Source: Candidatus Acidiferrales bacterium (GTDB taxonomy: Bacteria; Chloroflexota; Limnocylindria; P2-11E). From it: a DNA stretch of 63,438 nt. The notes beneath the pieces are model-generated. The model did no database searches, was not told the origin of the DNA, and was given only the letters and a program-made list of their open reading frames with translations. The translations under genes were made by a program, and so were the position numbers. The first letter of the stretch is position 1, and each line of letters begins with the position of its first letter. Positions 52,655-62,706 of this stretch are shown here, piece after piece. The stretch covers positions 1-63,438 of the forward strand of contig DASQIF010000007.1 of the NCBI GenBank assembly GCA_035631715.1. The letters are read 5' to 3'.

Positions 52655-53754
52655 TCGCGATCGGCGTGATGTCCGGGACCTCCGGTGACGGGGCCGATGC
52701 GGCCGCGATCGAGCTCGAGGTCCCCGCGACGACGGTGCGTGTGCTCGCGACCGCGAGCGCCCCGTACTCCGCGTCGCTGCAGGGCGCGGTCCTCGCGCTC
52801 GGCGAGGGCACGAGCACGGATGCGCGCACGGTCGCCACGACGCACGGCCGGCTCGGCGACCATTACGCGGAGCTCGTCGCGCGACTGACCGCGGACCTCG
52901 CGGCGCGGCCGGACGTCATCGCCGTCCACGGCCAGACCATCGCGCACCTGCCGGCGCAGCACGTGACGCTGCAGATCGGCGATGCGGCACGCGTCGCGCA
53001 CCGGACCGGCGTACCCACGGTGTCCGACCTGCGGAGCGCCGACGTCGCGGCCGGCGGGCAGGGCGCGCCGCTCGTGCCGTTCGGCGACCACGTCCTCTTC
53101 GCGCGCCTCGCGCCGCTCGCGATCCTGAACCTGGGCGGCATCGCGAATCTCACGATCATCCCCACCGCCAGGGCGGACGACATCGTCGCCTTCGACACCG
53201 GGCCGGCGAACATGGTCATCGACGGCGTTGCCGCGCTCGCCGGCGGCACGCACGACGAGAACGGCGCGGGCGCGGCGCGCGGCCGCGTCGACAAGGAGGT
53301 GCTCTCCGAGTTCCTCACCCATCCGTACTTCGCGAAGCGCGCGCCGAAGAGCACCGGGCGCGAGGAGTTCGGCGTCACGTTCGCGAAACGTCTCGTCGAG
53401 CTCGTGACGCGGCACGGCGGGACGAGCGACGACGCGCTCGCGACCGCGACGGCGCTCACCGCGCGAACGGTCGCGGACGCGCTGAGTCGTGAGTCAGGCG
53501 CGAAGCTCGTGCGCCTCCTCGTCGCGGGCGGCGGCGCGCGGAACCCGACCCTCATGAAGATGCTCGCCGCGGAGCTCGCGCCGGACGTGAAAACGGTAGA
53601 GACGACGGACGAGCACGGCGTCCCGTCCCGGTACCGCGAGGCGATCGCGTTCGCGATCCTCGGCGCGTACCGCCTGCGCGGTCTTCCGAACACGCTTCCG
53701 CGTGCGACCGGTGCGTCGCGCGCGGTGTCGGGCGGCGCCCTCCATCTACCGTAA
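52651..53754 (+). CDS. anmK: anhydro-N-acetylmuramic acid kinase
   Basis: 367-aa ORF with an ATGA overlap. It contains GVMSGTSGDGADAA, NLGGIANL, FDTGPANM and GGGARNPTLM. Confidence 0.85.
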   Translation: MIAIGVMSGTSGDGADAAAIELEVPATTVRVLATASAPYSASLQGAVLALGEGTSTDARTVATTHGRLGDHYAELVARLTADLAARPDVIAVHGQTIAHLPAQHVTLQIGDAARVAHRTGVPTVSDLRSADVAAGGQGAPLVPFGDHVLFARLAPLAILNLGGIANLTIIPTARADDIVAFDTGPANMVIDGVAALAGGTHDENGAGAARGRVDKEVLSEFLTHPYFAKRAPKSTGREEFGVTFAKRLVELVTRHGGTSDDALATATALTARTVADALSRESGAKLVRLLVAGGGARNPTLMKMLAAELAPDVKTVETTDEHGVPSRYREAIAFAILGAYRLRGLPNTLPRATGASRAVSGGALHLP

Positions 53755-54671
53755 TGGCGATGGACGGCCTCGCGGTCGGGATCGACGCCGGCGCGACGAA
53801 GACGCGCGCCTTCGCGGTGGACCGCACCGGCGAGGTCGTCGGTCGCGGCGCGGGCGGCGGTGCGAACCTCCTCGCGTCACCCGATCCGCAGGGCTCGATC
53901 GGCGCCGCTCTCGCGGAGGCGCTCGCGGGACGCCACGCCGACGCGATCGTGCTGTCCGCCGCGGGCGGTGACCGCAAGGCCGACCGCGAGCGCGGTCGCG
54001 AGCTCCTGTCGCGCGTCGCGCCGGCCGGCGCGCGCATACGCGTCACGCACGACGCGCTCGCCGCGCTCTACGCGGGCAATCCCGCGGGGTGCGGGATCGT
54101 GCTCATCTCCGGCACCGGATCGATCGCGTACGGACGGAACGAGGAAGGCGAGGAGGACCGCGCCGGGGGCTGGGGATACCTGATCGGTGACGAGGGGTCC
54201 GCGGTGTGGTGTGGCCTCGAGGCGCTGCGCGCGGTCGCGCACGCCGTCGACGGCCGCGGTGCGCCGCCGCGCATGGTCGAGCTCCTCTTCAAGGAGCTCG
54301 ACGTCGATGAGTTCGGCGATGTGCTCCCCCATCTGTACGGCCGGCCGCATCCCGCGCCCGCGGTGCTGGCCGCGATGCGCGCACTCGCGGTCGCGTCGGC
54401 CGACGGCGACGCGCTGGCGAACGGCATCCTGCAGCGCGGCGCCACGGCGCTCGCGCGGGCCGCGGCGGTGGTCGCGTTCACGCTTGCGCTCCCCGGCGGA
54501 CCGGTCTATCTCTCGGGCGGCGCGTTCGACAACCTGCCGAACCTGCAGCGCATGGTCCGGCTCGAGCTGCTCGGTGCGCTCCCGCAGGCGACCGTCGAGC
54601 CAGTGCGCGAGGAGCCGGCGATGGGCGCGGCGCGCATGGCCATGGAGCTCGCGTGGAGCGTGACGGCGTGA
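53754..54671 (+). CDS. BadF/BadG/BcrA/BcrD-type ATPase, N-acetylglucosamine kinase-like
   Basis: 305-aa ORF with a TAATG overlap. It contains GIDAGATKT, ISGTGSIAYG and GWGYLIGDEGSA. Confidence 0.7.
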   Translation: MAMDGLAVGIDAGATKTRAFAVDRTGEVVGRGAGGGANLLASPDPQGSIGAALAEALAGRHADAIVLSAAGGDRKADRERGRELLSRVAPAGARIRVTHDALAALYAGNPAGCGIVLISGTGSIAYGRNEEGEEDRAGGWGYLIGDEGSAVWCGLEALRAVAHAVDGRGAPPRMVELLFKELDVDEFGDVLPHLYGRPHPAPAVLAAMRALAVASADGDALANGILQRGATALARAAAVVAFTLALPGGPVYLSGGAFDNLPNLQRMVRLELLGALPQATVEPVREEPAMGAARMAMELAWSVTA

Positions 54672-55483
54672 GCGAGCGGGCCACGGAGGCGCGCAATCCG
54701 CGCGCGTCGGCGCTCGCGTCCTTCTCGACAACCGAGATCCTCGAGCTCATGAACGACGAGGACGCGACGGTGCCGGCGGCGGTCCGCGCGGCCCTGCCCG
54801 CAATCGCGCGCGCGGTAGACGCGATCGTCGCGGCCCTCGCGGAGGGCGGTCACGTCATCTACGTCGGCGCCGGGACCAGCGGCCGGCTCGGCGTCCTCGA
54901 CGCGAGCGAGGCGCCGCCGACCTTCGGCGTGGAGCGTGACCTGTTCCGAGGCATCATCGCCGGCGGCGATACGGCGCTTCGGAACTCCGTCGAAGGTGCG
55001 GAGGACGTCGCGGCGAACGGTGCCCGCGACCTCGGTGCGATCCGCCGCGCGCACGATGTCGTCGTCGGGATCTCGGCCAGCGGGCGCGCGCCCTATGTGA
55101 TCGCGGCGGTCGAGGCCGGCCGCAAGGCCGGCTCACCGACGGTCGCGGTCACTTGCAACCCCGGGTCGCCGCTCGCCGCGGCAGCGGACATCCCGATCGT
55201 CGTCGAGGTCGGCCCCGAGGTGCTCGCGGGCTCGAGCCGCCTCAAGGCCGGGACCGCGACGAAGCTCGTCCTCAACATGCTGTCGACCGCGGCGATGATC
55301 CGCGCCGGGCGCACGAAGGGCGACCTTATGGTCGATCTGCGCGCGACGAACGCGAAGCTGCGCGAGCGCGCGGTGCGCATGGTGCGGGACGAGACCGGCC
55401 TCGACGAGGCGGCCGCGCGCGATCGTCTCGAGAAGAACGGCTGGAACGTCAGGGCAGCGCTTGCGACTGATCGTCAACGCTGA
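54668..55483 (+). CDS. murQ: N-acetylmuramic acid 6-phosphate etherase
   Basis: ORF trimmed to the GTG at 54668 (GTGA overlap). It contains TEARNP, the SIS motif YVGAGTSGRLGVLDASE, GISASGRAPYV, and SRLKAGTATKLVLNMLST. Confidence 0.85.
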   Translation: MSERATEARNPRASALASFSTTEILELMNDEDATVPAAVRAALPAIARAVDAIVAALAEGGHVIYVGAGTSGRLGVLDASEAPPTFGVERDLFRGIIAGGDTALRNSVEGAEDVAANGARDLGAIRRAHDVVVGISASGRAPYVIAAVEAGRKAGSPTVAVTCNPGSPLAAAADIPIVVEVGPEVLAGSSRLKAGTATKLVLNMLSTAAMIRAGRTKGDLMVDLRATNAKLRERAVRMVRDETGLDEAAARDRLEKNGWNVRAALATDRQR

Positions 55484-56225
55484 CGACTTCGGCTACACGC
55501 CCGGGGTCACGAGCGGCGTCCTGCGCGCGCACCGCGAGGGCATCGTGACGGCGACGACGCTGATGGCGAACGCGCCGGGCAGCGAGGGCGCGGGCCGCGT
55601 CGCGCGTTATGCGCCGAGCCTCGACGTCGGCGTGCACGTGGTGTTCACGTACGGCCGTCCGCTGCTGGCGGCCGATCGCGTGCGCTCGCTCGTTGGAGAG
55701 GATGGGCGCTTCCCGCGCGTGGGCGTCCTCATGCGCACCGCACAACCGCAGGCCGACGAGGCGTTGCTCGAGGCGCGCGCCCAGTACGCGAGGGCCCGCG
55801 AGCTCATCGGCCGCGAGCCCACGCATCTGGACACGCATCACTGGGTGCACGACATGCGGCCGCTCGAGGACGCGATGCTCGCGCTCGCGAAGGAGACCGG
55901 CGCCGCGCTCCGCGCGCACGACGGCCGTCAGCGCGCGCGTTTCCGGGACCAGGGCGTCCGCTGCACCGATCGTTTCGTCCGCGACTTCCAGCACGCCGGC
56001 AAGATCGGCGTGGACTCGCTGGTCATGCTCCTCGAACACCTCGACGAGCAGGAGTCGGGGACGGTCGAGCTCATGTGCCATCCCGGCGATCCGGACCAGG
56101 CGCTGCTCGGCGGTTCGAGCTACGCCGCCGAACGCGGTGTCGAGCTGCGCACGCTCACCGACCCCGCCGTGCGCGCGGCGATCGACCGTCTCGGTATCGA
56201 GCTCGCGAACTACCGCGTCCTATGA
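55461..56225 (+). CDS. ChbG/HpnK (YdjC) family carbohydrate deacetylase
   Basis: 254-aa ORF with a TTG start overlapping the murQ 3' end. It contains LIVNADDFGYTPGV, LDTHHWVH and ELMCHPG. Confidence 0.8.
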   Translation: MRLIVNADDFGYTPGVTSGVLRAHREGIVTATTLMANAPGSEGAGRVARYAPSLDVGVHVVFTYGRPLLAADRVRSLVGEDGRFPRVGVLMRTAQPQADEALLEARAQYARARELIGREPTHLDTHHWVHDMRPLEDAMLALAKETGAALRAHDGRQRARFRDQGVRCTDRFVRDFQHAGKIGVDSLVMLLEHLDEQESGTVELMCHPGDPDQALLGGSSYAAERGVELRTLTDPAVRAAIDRLGIELANYRVL

Positions 56226-57145
56226 AGAAAGCGTTGTGGGTGGTGCGCGACAAGATCACGACCGCGAAAGCGATCGACGATCTGCTCACCGATGCCGCGA
56301 CGCGCGGCATCTTCGACCTCGTCGTGCAGGTCCGCGGTCGCGGCGACTCCTATTACGCGCCGCGCCTCGAGCCGCGCGCCGAGAGCGTGGCCGAGGGCTT
56401 CGATCCGCTCGACCACCTGGTGCGCTACGGCGCGACCGTGGGCGCCCGGATCCACGCCTGGGCCAACGTGTTCTTCGTCTGGTCGCACCCCGAGCGCAGA
56501 CCGCCGGCGGACGAGCGTCACGTCGTCCACGCGCACCCCGACTGGCTGCTCCGGCCCGACGGCGCGAGCACGCTCGACCCGGCAGGCGGCAAGGACTTCG
56601 AAGGCATCTACACCGACCCGTCGAACGCCGCGGCGCGCGCGTTCACCATCGACGTCTTCGAGGACATCGTGCGTCGCTACCGCGTCGAAGGTCTCCACTA
56701 CGACTACGTGCGCTATCCGCAGGTCACGTATGCGCGCGGGCCCGAGGCGCACGAGGACGCGACGACGCTGGTGCGCGAGAGCGCGGCACGACTTCGCGCG
56801 GCGCGACCGAACGTCGTGATCTCGGCCGCGGTCTTTCCCGATCCGCCCGTCGCGCGCGATCGCGTGCTCCAGCGGTGGCCGGAGTGGGCGGCGCAAGGTC
56901 TGGTCGATCTTCTCTGTCCGATGGCCTATCGCACCGACACGTCGGAGGTCGCGCGCATCCTCACCGCGGCGCGCGCCGCGGCGCCGAAGACGGAGATGTG
57001 GGGCGGCCTCATGGCGTACGCCGGAGAGCCCGAACGTCTGCGCGCGCAGGTCCGCGCGACGCGTGACGCAGGCTGCGAGGGATCGATCTTGTTCGCGTAT
57101 GACGCGGCGCAACGCGATCTGCTTGACGTTTTCGCGGCCTCCTGA
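56222..57145 (+). CDS. glycoside-hydrolase-like GHL10 (DUF187/YngK-type) protein
   Basis: ORF 56075.. trimmed to the ATG at 56222 (ATGA overlap). It has a TIM-barrel-like pattern: ...DLVVQVRGRGDSYY..., HAWANVF, GLHYDYVRYP. Confidence 0.65.
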   Translation: MKKALWVVRDKITTAKAIDDLLTDAATRGIFDLVVQVRGRGDSYYAPRLEPRAESVAEGFDPLDHLVRYGATVGARIHAWANVFFVWSHPERRPPADERHVVHAHPDWLLRPDGASTLDPAGGKDFEGIYTDPSNAAARAFTIDVFEDIVRRYRVEGLHYDYVRYPQVTYARGPEAHEDATTLVRESAARLRAARPNVVISAAVFPDPPVARDRVLQRWPEWAAQGLVDLLCPMAYRTDTSEVARILTAARAAAPKTEMWGGLMAYAGEPERLRAQVRATRDAGCEGSILFAYDAAQRDLLDVFAAS

Positions 57146-57168
57146 CGCCCGGCCTAGACTCTCCCCCC

Positions 57169-57624
57169 GTGCCCGAACAACCGACACCAACCCCGGTCGC
57201 ACCCGCCCCGACACCGGAAGCGGCCAAACCCGATCCACTCGCGTCGTCGGTCGCGGCCGCCGTCACGAAGCTCCGTCGCGACGCCGGTCTGTCCGAGCGC
57301 GCCGCGGCCAAGAAGCTCGGGACCTCGCAGACGCAGCTTCGCCGGATGGAGGACCCGCGCTACCTCCCATCGCTGCGCTCGTTGGCGCGCGTCGCGAGCT
57401 CGTATGGCGCGACGCTGAAGGTGTCGTTCGAGACCGCCGAGTCCGAGAGGAACGACAAGCCCACGCCGCCGCCGAAAGCGGTAGCGACGCGGCCGGCCCG
57501 CGTCGTCAAGCCGGCTAGAGCGTCCGCGTCACCTTCGAGATCCCCGAAGGCCGCTCCGGGTCGCGGCCGTGCCGTCGGGCGACGTCCCGCGCGAGCAGCT
57601 GTGCGGCGACGGAAAGGGCGATAG
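57169..57624 (+). CDS. XRE-family helix-turn-helix protein with basic low-complexity tail
   Basis: 151-aa ORF with a GTG start. It has a Pro/Ala-rich N-terminus, then the HTH VTKLRRDAGLSERAAAKKLGTSQTQLRRMED. The last ~36 codons overlap the convergent SIS gene and have poor GC3. Confidence 0.6.
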   Translation: MPEQPTPTPVAPAPTPEAAKPDPLASSVAAAVTKLRRDAGLSERAAAKKLGTSQTQLRRMEDPRYLPSLRSLARVASSYGATLKVSFETAESERNDKPTPPPKAVATRPARVVKPARASASPSRSPKAAPGRGRAVGRRPARAAVRRRKGR

Positions 57625-58546
57625 GCGACAGGGCAGCGCCCACCGGCGTCTCCAGCAGCAACGCGTCGTCACAGGCCTCAGCCAGCCCCGCGTCGTTCGT
57701 TATCGCGTAGACGCGCGCACCCCGTTCGTAGAGCGAGCGCACCGTGTCGCGCGCTTCGCGAAGGGTCGCGCCGCGTGATGCGAAGAGAAGCACCGGCACC
57801 CCACGCTCGAGCAGCGTGCGGGGTCCGTGCGCGAAGTCCGCGCTCGAGTACGGCTCCGCCCACACCCGCGCGAGCTCCTTGATCTTGAGCGCGCCTTCGA
57901 GCGCGCACGCGTAGTCGTAGCCGCGACCCAGCACGACAAGCACCGGGCTCCGGCCGATGCGCCGCGCGAGGCGCGCCGTGTCGCCCTCGCGCGACACTGC
58001 CTCCCGCATCGCGTCCACGAGGCCGTCGAACACGAGCGCCTTTCTCCGGCGCGCCGTCGCGGTCGCCGACGCGAGGAGCGCGAGCGCGAGGCACGACGCG
58101 GTGTACGTCTTCGTCGCGGCGACCGCCCGCTCCGGACCACAGCGCAGCGGGAAGGTCGACTCGGCCGCGCGCGCGAGCCGCGAACGCGTCGCGTTCGTGA
58201 TCGCGACGGTGAACGCGCCGTCGCGGCGGGCTGCGGAGACGACCGCGGCGACATCCGGCGAGCTGCCGGACTGCGAGATGCCGATGGCCGCGCCCTTCAT
58301 GTAGTCCGGCGGTGCGCCGTACTTCGTGACGATCGATGGCGCGGCGGACGAGGTCACGAGTCCCGCGACGCTCTCGAAGAGGTACTTGCCGTACGTCGCG
58401 GCGTTGTCCGACGAGCCGCGCGCGACCAACGTCAGGTGCAGGGCTGCGGCGATGCGCGGGGACAGCGCCTGTGCGTCTGCCGCGCCGTCCCGCAGGAGGC
58501 GCGCGCAGACGTCGGGCTGCTCCGCGATCTCGCTGTCTAGGCTCAC
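57515..58546 (-). CDS. SIS-domain sugar-phosphate isomerase/deaminase (GlmS isomerase-domain-only type)
   Basis: ORF 57515..58651 trimmed to the GTG at 58546 (VSLDSEIAEQP...). It has two SIS motifs (ARGSSDNAA, GISQSGSSPD) and no glutaminase domain. Confidence 0.8.
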   Translation of the reverse strand: MSLDSEIAEQPDVCARLLRDGAADAQALSPRIAAALHLTLVARGSSDNAATYGKYLFESVAGLVTSSAAPSIVTKYGAPPDYMKGAAIGISQSGSSPDVAAVVSAARRDGAFTVAITNATRSRLARAAESTFPLRCGPERAVAATKTYTASCLALALLASATATARRRKALVFDGLVDAMREAVSREGDTARLARRIGRSPVLVVLGRGYDYACALEGALKIKELARVWAEPYSSADFAHGPRTLLERGVPVLLFASRGATLREARDTVRSLYERGARVYAITNDAGLAEACDDALLLETPVGAALSPIALSVAAQLLARDVARRHGRDPERPSGISKVTRTL

Positions 58547-58641
58547 GCGCCGATGATGCGGCTCCGGTACGAACGGCGCAGTACGACCGTCCTCCTGCCT
58601 GGGCGCTGCCGGCGCCGCCAAGATGCCGCCCCAGGGAGCAG

Positions 58642-59190
58642 ATGCGCCCACTTCGGTCCGTCCTGGAAGCGGTCTGGCACGCCGACGCGCGCGGGCGTCT
58701 CGCTGAGCGCACGGCGGCCCAGTTGCGCGAACAGCTCCCCGAGGATCACGTCGTGCTCGCGCGCTACGCGCCGCGCGACCGCGGCGATCGCATCGCGCTC
58801 GTGATCATCGGCCGCGACCGCCTCTTCGTCGTCGAGCCGCGCGACGAGGATGGGGACCTGCAGTGTTACCAGGACCACTGGTACCGCCGGACCGGCCCGA
58901 ACGCGGCCCACCCGCTGTCCGATCCGCCGTCGCTTCGCGCGCGTCGCAACGCCGAGCGCGTGCGCGGCGATCTCGGCACCGGCGGCTTCCTCAACGTGCG
59001 CATCGAGCCGCTCGTCGTGCTGACGCGAGCACGTCCCGACGACGTGCGGAGCTCATGCGTCCCGGTGATCGCCGGCCTTGACGCGCTCGTGCGCTACATG
59101 CTGCGGAGCGCATCGGGCGACGCCTCGCCCGAACGAACGCACGCGCTCGCGAGCGCGCTGGCGCGGAACATCACGGTCGCCGCGAGCTAG
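58642..59190 (+). CDS. NERD-domain protein
   Basis: ORF 58336.. trimmed to the ATG at 58642, after CAGGGAGCAG. It contains GRLAERTAAQLREQLPEDHVVLARY...RIALVIIGRDRLFVVEPRDEDG, like the NERD core. Confidence 0.55.
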   Translation: MRPLRSVLEAVWHADARGRLAERTAAQLREQLPEDHVVLARYAPRDRGDRIALVIIGRDRLFVVEPRDEDGDLQCYQDHWYRRTGPNAAHPLSDPPSLRARRNAERVRGDLGTGGFLNVRIEPLVVLTRARPDDVRSSCVPVIAGLDALVRYMLRSASGDASPERTHALASALARNITVAAS

Positions 59191-59996
59191 CCGGCGGGCA
59201 GCGCCGCGAAGAGGTCGTTCTCGCTCGGACCGTGCGGGTCCGGGTACTCGCGGATGTACAGCTCCTCCTCCAGCATGCCGGGGACCTTCTCACGGACGCG
59301 TGCCCAGAGGTGGATGTCGGGCGTCTGCGTGACGTGCGCCTGCATCGCGTGCCATTTGCGATCCATGAACGCCGAGACATCGAGCGCGGCGCCGATGCGC
59401 TCCCTCGTCCATCGCTCCAGTTTGGTGTCGAGCGTCTTCACGTACGCGGCGAAGTCCGGCTCGAGGGCGAGCAGCTGGTCCACGAACTCGGCGCCGGCGA
59501 CGAAGCGGTAGACGCGCTTCACGTGTACGTGGTCGCCGAGGCCGGGCTCATGGCGCGCGATCCCCGCGAGGTCGATGGCGCGCAGCGCGAGCTTTCCTGC
59601 CGCGATGTGATCGGGATGGCCGTAGCCGCCGTCCGGTCCCCAGGTGATGACGACGTCGGGACGGACCGAGCGCAGCCAGCGCACGATGTCGCGGACCACG
59701 TCGTCCGGGTTGACACCCGCGAGCCCGCCGTCGGGGTACTTGAGGCACGTGACGCTCTCGACGCCCATGCGCCGTCCCGCCTCCGCGAGCTCGAGCGCGC
59801 GCGTCTTGCCGACGTCGGCCCGCGGCACCTCGGGCGCGCCGTCGCCGCCGGCCCACCCCTGCTCGCCTTCGGTGAGGCAGAGGCTATGGACCTTCACACC
59901 GTCGGCTGCGTAACGGATGAGCGTGCCGCCGGTGCCGAACGTCTCGTCGTCGGGGTGCGCGAGGATCGTCGCAAGGACGCGTGCCACCTCGCGCAC
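59187..59996 (-). CDS. PIG-L/LmbE-family N-acetylglucosaminyl deacetylase
   Basis: 269-aa ORF. It contains ILAHPDDETFGTGG and GGYGHPDH, the zinc motifs. Confidence 0.8.
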   Translation of the reverse strand: MREVARVLATILAHPDDETFGTGGTLIRYAADGVKVHSLCLTEGEQGWAGGDGAPEVPRADVGKTRALELAEAGRRMGVESVTCLKYPDGGLAGVNPDDVVRDIVRWLRSVRPDVVITWGPDGGYGHPDHIAAGKLALRAIDLAGIARHEPGLGDHVHVKRVYRFVAGAEFVDQLLALEPDFAAYVKTLDTKLERWTRERIGAALDVSAFMDRKWHAMQAHVTQTPDIHLWARVREKVPGMLEEELYIREYPDPHGPSENDLFAALPAG

Positions 59997-60013
59997 GATA
60001 ATGCGGTGACGAG

Positions 60014-60696
60014 ATGAGCACGACCGCGCGCATCGTCGTCGTCGAAGACGACATGTCAGTCGCGGAGCTCGTGACGCTGTACCTGAAGAACGCGGGCTAC
60101 ATCGTCGAGCACGCGCCGACCGGCGCCCGCGCGCGCCAGCTCTTCGACGAGGTGAAGCCCGCGCTCGTGGTCCTCGACCTGGGGCTGCCCGACGCCAACG
60201 GCCTCGATCTGCTGAAGGAGCTGCGCGCCCGCGGCGACACGCCGGTGGTCGCGCTCACCGCGCGCGCCGAAGATGCGCAGCGCATCACCGGTCTCGACGC
60301 GGGCATGGACGACTACATGACGAAGCCATTCAACCCGCGCGAGCTCGTCTCGCGCGTGAAGGCGATCCTGCGCCGCTCCTCGGGCATGCCCGGCGGTGGT
60401 CGCGTGCTCGCGGTCGGCAATCTCCAGGTCGACCCGGCGCACCACGAGGTACGTGTCGGCGAGGACGTCGTGAGCCTCCGCGCCAAGGAATTCGAGCTCC
60501 TCGAGGCGTTCTGCCGCCAGCCGGGCATCGTTCTTACACGGGACAAACTTCTGGAGGACGTCTGGGGCTTCGCATATCCCGGCGAAACGCGCACCGTTGA
60601 CGTGCACGTGAAGCAGCTGCGCGACAAGCTCGCCGCCGCCGACGCCAAGATCGAGACGGTCTGGGGCGTGGGCTACAAGCTGGTCCCGCCGGCGAA

Positions 60697-60700
<4 letters not shown>
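60014..60700 (+). CDS. OmpR-family response regulator
   Basis: 228-aa ORF. It has the receiver motifs VVEDD, VVLDLGLPD and TKPF, plus a winged-helix output domain ...TRTVDVHVKQLRDKL...VWGVGYKL. Confidence 0.9.
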
Positions 60701-62073
<1,373 letters not shown>

Positions 62074-62091
62074 ACCGTATCCTCGCGCGTC

Positions 62092-62706
62092 ATGGCACTC
62101 GGCGGGATCATCCGCGGCAAGACGACCACGCTCCGCACACCGGTCGAGGCCGACCTCGCCTCGTTCAACCGGTGGATGGCCGACCTGCGCGTGCGCCACG
62201 CGACACGCATCTGGCACGAGCCGGCGATGCCGGCGACGTGGAAGGAGCGTCTTGCGGAGCAGACGAAGAGCGAGAACGCGGTCCTCTGGTCCATCGACTC
62301 GGGCGATGCGCTCGCGGGCCTGATCCGGTTCGAGTTCGGGTGGAACGACCACAGCTACGGTTGGATCGACCAGTTCGTCGTCGACCCCGAGCGGTGGGGT
62401 TCCGGCATCGGCACCGATGCGGCGCTCGCGCTGCACCGCTACCTCTTCGACTACCTCGACATGCGCCGCGTGAACATGACCGTCCGCGCCGACAACGCGG
62501 CCGGCGCGAAGATCGCGGCGCGCATCGGCTACACCGAGTTCGCGCGCGGAAGCGACGTCTTCTATCGCGACGGCGGCTACGTCGGTGAGATCTGGTTCCT
62601 GTGCGAGCGCGAAGCGTGGGACACGCGATACCCGAACGAGCGCGAGTACTCACTCGTGACGGGGGTAGGGGCCCCCGTTCAGCCGAGCGCAGCGAGGCGT
62701 GCCTGA
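62092..62706 (+). CDS. GNAT-family N-acetyltransferase (RimJ/RimL-like)
   Basis: 204-aa ORF. It contains WGSGIGTDAALALHRYLFDYLDMRRV... and ADNAAGAKIAARIGY. Confidence 0.75.
   Translation: MALGGIIRGKTTTLRTPVEADLASFNRWMADLRVRHATRIWHEPAMPATWKERLAEQTKSENAVLWSIDSGDALAGLIRFEFGWNDHSYGWIDQFVVDPERWGSGIGTDAALALHRYLFDYLDMRRVNMTVRADNAAGAKIAARIGYTEFARGSDVFYRDGGYVGEIWFLCEREAWDTRYPNEREYSLVTGVGAPVQPSAARRA

Noticed and set aside
49735-59190. Prophage or mobile-element remnant, or defence island, suggested by the RusA-like, XRE and NERD genes
   Set aside because: I found no integrase, transposase, terminase or capsid gene and no flanking direct repeats or tRNA. Codon usage is uniformly high-GC3 apart from one short spacer. 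The intervening genes are ordinary cell-wall sugar metabolism genes.
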